From the NCBI GenBank assembly GCA_002104945.1, contig MCFH01000082.1:62001-126000 (forward strand): a DNA stretch of 64,000 bases, read 5' to 3'. Below the pieces are notes generated by a model that had not been told where the DNA came from, made no database searches, and was given only the letters and a program-made list of their open reading frames with translations. Position numbers and translations under genes: made by a program. Within the stretch, counting starts at the first letter, position 1; the number at the start of each line of letters is the position of its first letter. This document shows, piece by piece, positions 61,920 through 64,000 of the stretch. This DNA is from Piromyces finnis finn (lineage: Eukaryota > Fungi > Neocallimastigomycota).

Positions 61920-63034
61920 TACGCTACTCACATAAAAACATGATAAAAACTAGCTGAATAAACACGACTTAACCCATAGTAACTTATAATAAAAATAAAC
62001 AATAATAACCCTTAAAGATGAATGAATAATAATTTTATGAAAATATAACCCTTTCTTTAAATAAATAATATTATCTTTATTATATAATAAATTCTGAGTA
62101 AAAACGACCTAATAGTGATAATAATAAAATAAATTATTAAATAAAATAAATTATTAAATAAAATAAATTATTAAATAAAATAAATTATTAAATAAAATAA
62201 AACGACTTAATCCAATAATGTACTAAAATAATAAAATAATAATAAATAAATAAAAATGAATAAATAAACTAAAAATAAAATGATATACATCAAATTATTA
62301 ATTCTAGTGTTTATCCAAGTGTTCTTTAGAAATACTCTTAAACTTATAAATTAAAAAAATAACTAATTGAGTAATTATTACTAAAATGATAAACTTAAAA
62401 CCTGGAAATAGAACAATAATAACAATTCCAAAGATAAAATACAGAACTCTTTTATGTTTCTGTATAAAATGAGTGTTTATAATAATTGATACTTTTAATA
62501 TTTTAATTTTGTTAAATTTTTATTTTAATTTTATTTTAATTTTATTTTAATATTATTTTAATTTTAAATTTTAATTATTTTATTCAAGGTATTATACATT
62601 TAATGATAGTCAATGATAATTTATAATAATTTTTCTAAATTTAAACATTTTGAAGTAATAAGAAAATCAAATAAGTAATATTCTATAATATTTTATAATA
62701 CTAAGACATAATTTTAATTTATTCTTTTAATTTTAATAAATAATAACAATAATAATAATAATATTTAATAGTTAAAAATAATAATGCATGTAATAAATGA
62801 AAAGGTATAAAAAGAAGATAAAATTCTTCTTCATAAAAATCGGACAATAAATAGAGAATAAAAATAAAGAGATATAATAAAGCATAATTAAAGAGTTTAT
62901 TTTAAGTTTTAAAGAGATTTATTTGTTAATTATAAAAAGTATTTTATTTTAAATTTATGGCTTCATCTAAATCTTAGAATTTATTATTTATTAAAAATAT
63001 TATATTATTCAAAAACATATCGGCTAACGCATCA
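61917..63034 (+). repeat. Element B 3' LTR (1118 bp, chimeric 3' third)
   Basis: Near-identical to the 5' LTR for ~800 bp, then strongly diverged; preceded by PPT GTGGGGGG. Confidence 0.9.
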
Positions 63035-63040
63035 TGAAAA

Positions 63041-63689
63041 TGTAAGAAATAATACTTATTCTTAATTGAATAATTACTATTTCATAGTATTTAATAAAAA
63101 TTTATTTAGAATATTAATTTTATATACACTAATATAAAATATAAATTTTATGTATTTATTATATTTTTATACATTTAATTAATATCATAAATTTATTTAA
63201 TCATTAGTCTTTATGTACATTTAATTAATACGAATTATTTATTTACATATTATTATTTTATGCATTTAATTATTATAATTAATATTCTTTATATCTATCC
63301 TTTTAAAGGATTAATAATTATGTATTAATTGTATTTTAATTATTGTATTATGGATAAAATAGGAATTAGTATTTTAAGATTTTTTCCGATTGCGTTTTAA
63401 TTTACAAGATGATCAATATGATTAGAATATTGAAACAAAAAGATATTCTAATCAACAATAATTAATAATTAATAATAATTAATAATCTCAAACTCTGGTT
63501 AATTCTTGGTTGTTTATTATAAATCTTTATAATAAACTCAATAAGTCTTTGTAAATTTTTATTTTTTTATTCTAATTCGTTATTAAATTATTATAATTTA
63601 TTATTATTATATTACTACAATATTGATAAGTAATATTATATTATATTGTAGTTAGTAGTTTTTTTTAATTATTATAAGATATTACTACA
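63041..63689 (+). mobile_element. Solo LTR related to family C
   Basis: TGTAAGAAAT...ATTACTACA (649 bp); TSD GAAAA (63036-40 and 63690-94); diverged but collinear with the C LTR. Confidence 0.85.
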
Positions 63690-63796
63690 GAAAATTTTAC
63701 ATACTATTTTTTATTTAAACGACTGGTAGAGTATGATGTTTTTTTTTTATTAAAATGAAAAAGTACGCTTTAAAGGTAAAAAAAAATATGTATTTT

Positions 63797-64000
63797 TCAA
63801 ATGAATTTTTCAAATTTCAAAATATAGAGTAAACCATTTTCATTATTACGTTGACTGAAAAAATTTAGTAGCTGGACTATGGAATCATAATGTTTAATAC
63901 GGATATCTCTAAATGTTGGACAATCTAATAACCAATGTTTAATACGGATATCTCTAAATGTTGGACAATCTAATAACCAATGTTTAATACTTTGAACACC
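63797..64000 (-). mobile_element. 3' end of a LINE ORF (C-terminal zinc-knuckle region) entering from the right edge
   Basis: Frame reads GVQSIKHWLLDCPTFRDIR-IKHWLLDCPTFRDIR-IKHY...FI*. HxLxxCP is the H/C half of the LINE CCHC motif; AATAAA plus an A-run follow at ~63737-63752. Confidence 0.65.
63889..63990. repeat. 45-bp tandem repeat, 2.3 copies
   Basis: Units start at 63889, 63934 and 63979. Confidence 0.9.

Larger units (their letters stand above)
27833..63034 (+). mobile_element. Ty3/gypsy LTR retrotransposon B (tRNA-Ala primed), host of nested D, C, E and F
   Basis: LTRs 27833-28974 and 61917-63034, PBS, gag, and pol split by D at ACTGA. No matching TSD. Confidence 0.9.

Noticed and set aside
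63762-63772. 11-nt match (AGTACGCTTTA) to leader RNA module 1
   Set aside because: Isolated, with no flanking blocks and incomplete hairpin; compatible with chance.

Overview
Extremely AT-rich eukaryotic DNA, most consistent with an anaerobic gut fungus (Neocallimastigomycota; inferred from AT content, intronless genes and fungal CBM1 proteins). From 1 to 19.9 kb: the 5' half of a LINE (APE endonuclease), a secreted hypothetical protein, two tandem paralogous non-catalytic CBM1 proteins, long (TAT)n tracts, a Cys-rich membrane protein and tRNA-Trp(CCA). From 19.9 to 63.7 kb: a 44-kb stack of six Ty3/gypsy LTR retrotransposons plus a solo LTR that starts 14 bp upstream of the tRNA gene. Elements A (19926-27828) and B (27833-63034) are tRNA-Ala primed, use a -1 gag/pol frameshift signal and share the same left junction. 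D sits in B pol, C and E sit in the first 15 bp of the D 5' LTR, and F sits in C pol; all four of these have Tf1-type self-priming PBSs. TSDs resolve every junction except that of B. The 3' end of a second LINE enters at the right edge. Most notable observations: (1) an unidentified ~700-nt structured RNA with covarying stems and a kissing-loop pair, shared by the leaders of the distantly related elements A and F, plus a second module shared by A and B; (2) apparent Pol III-promoter targeting, both at the real tRNA gene and at a tRNA-like A/B-box module at the start of the D/F LTRs. All alignments and folds were done by eye.
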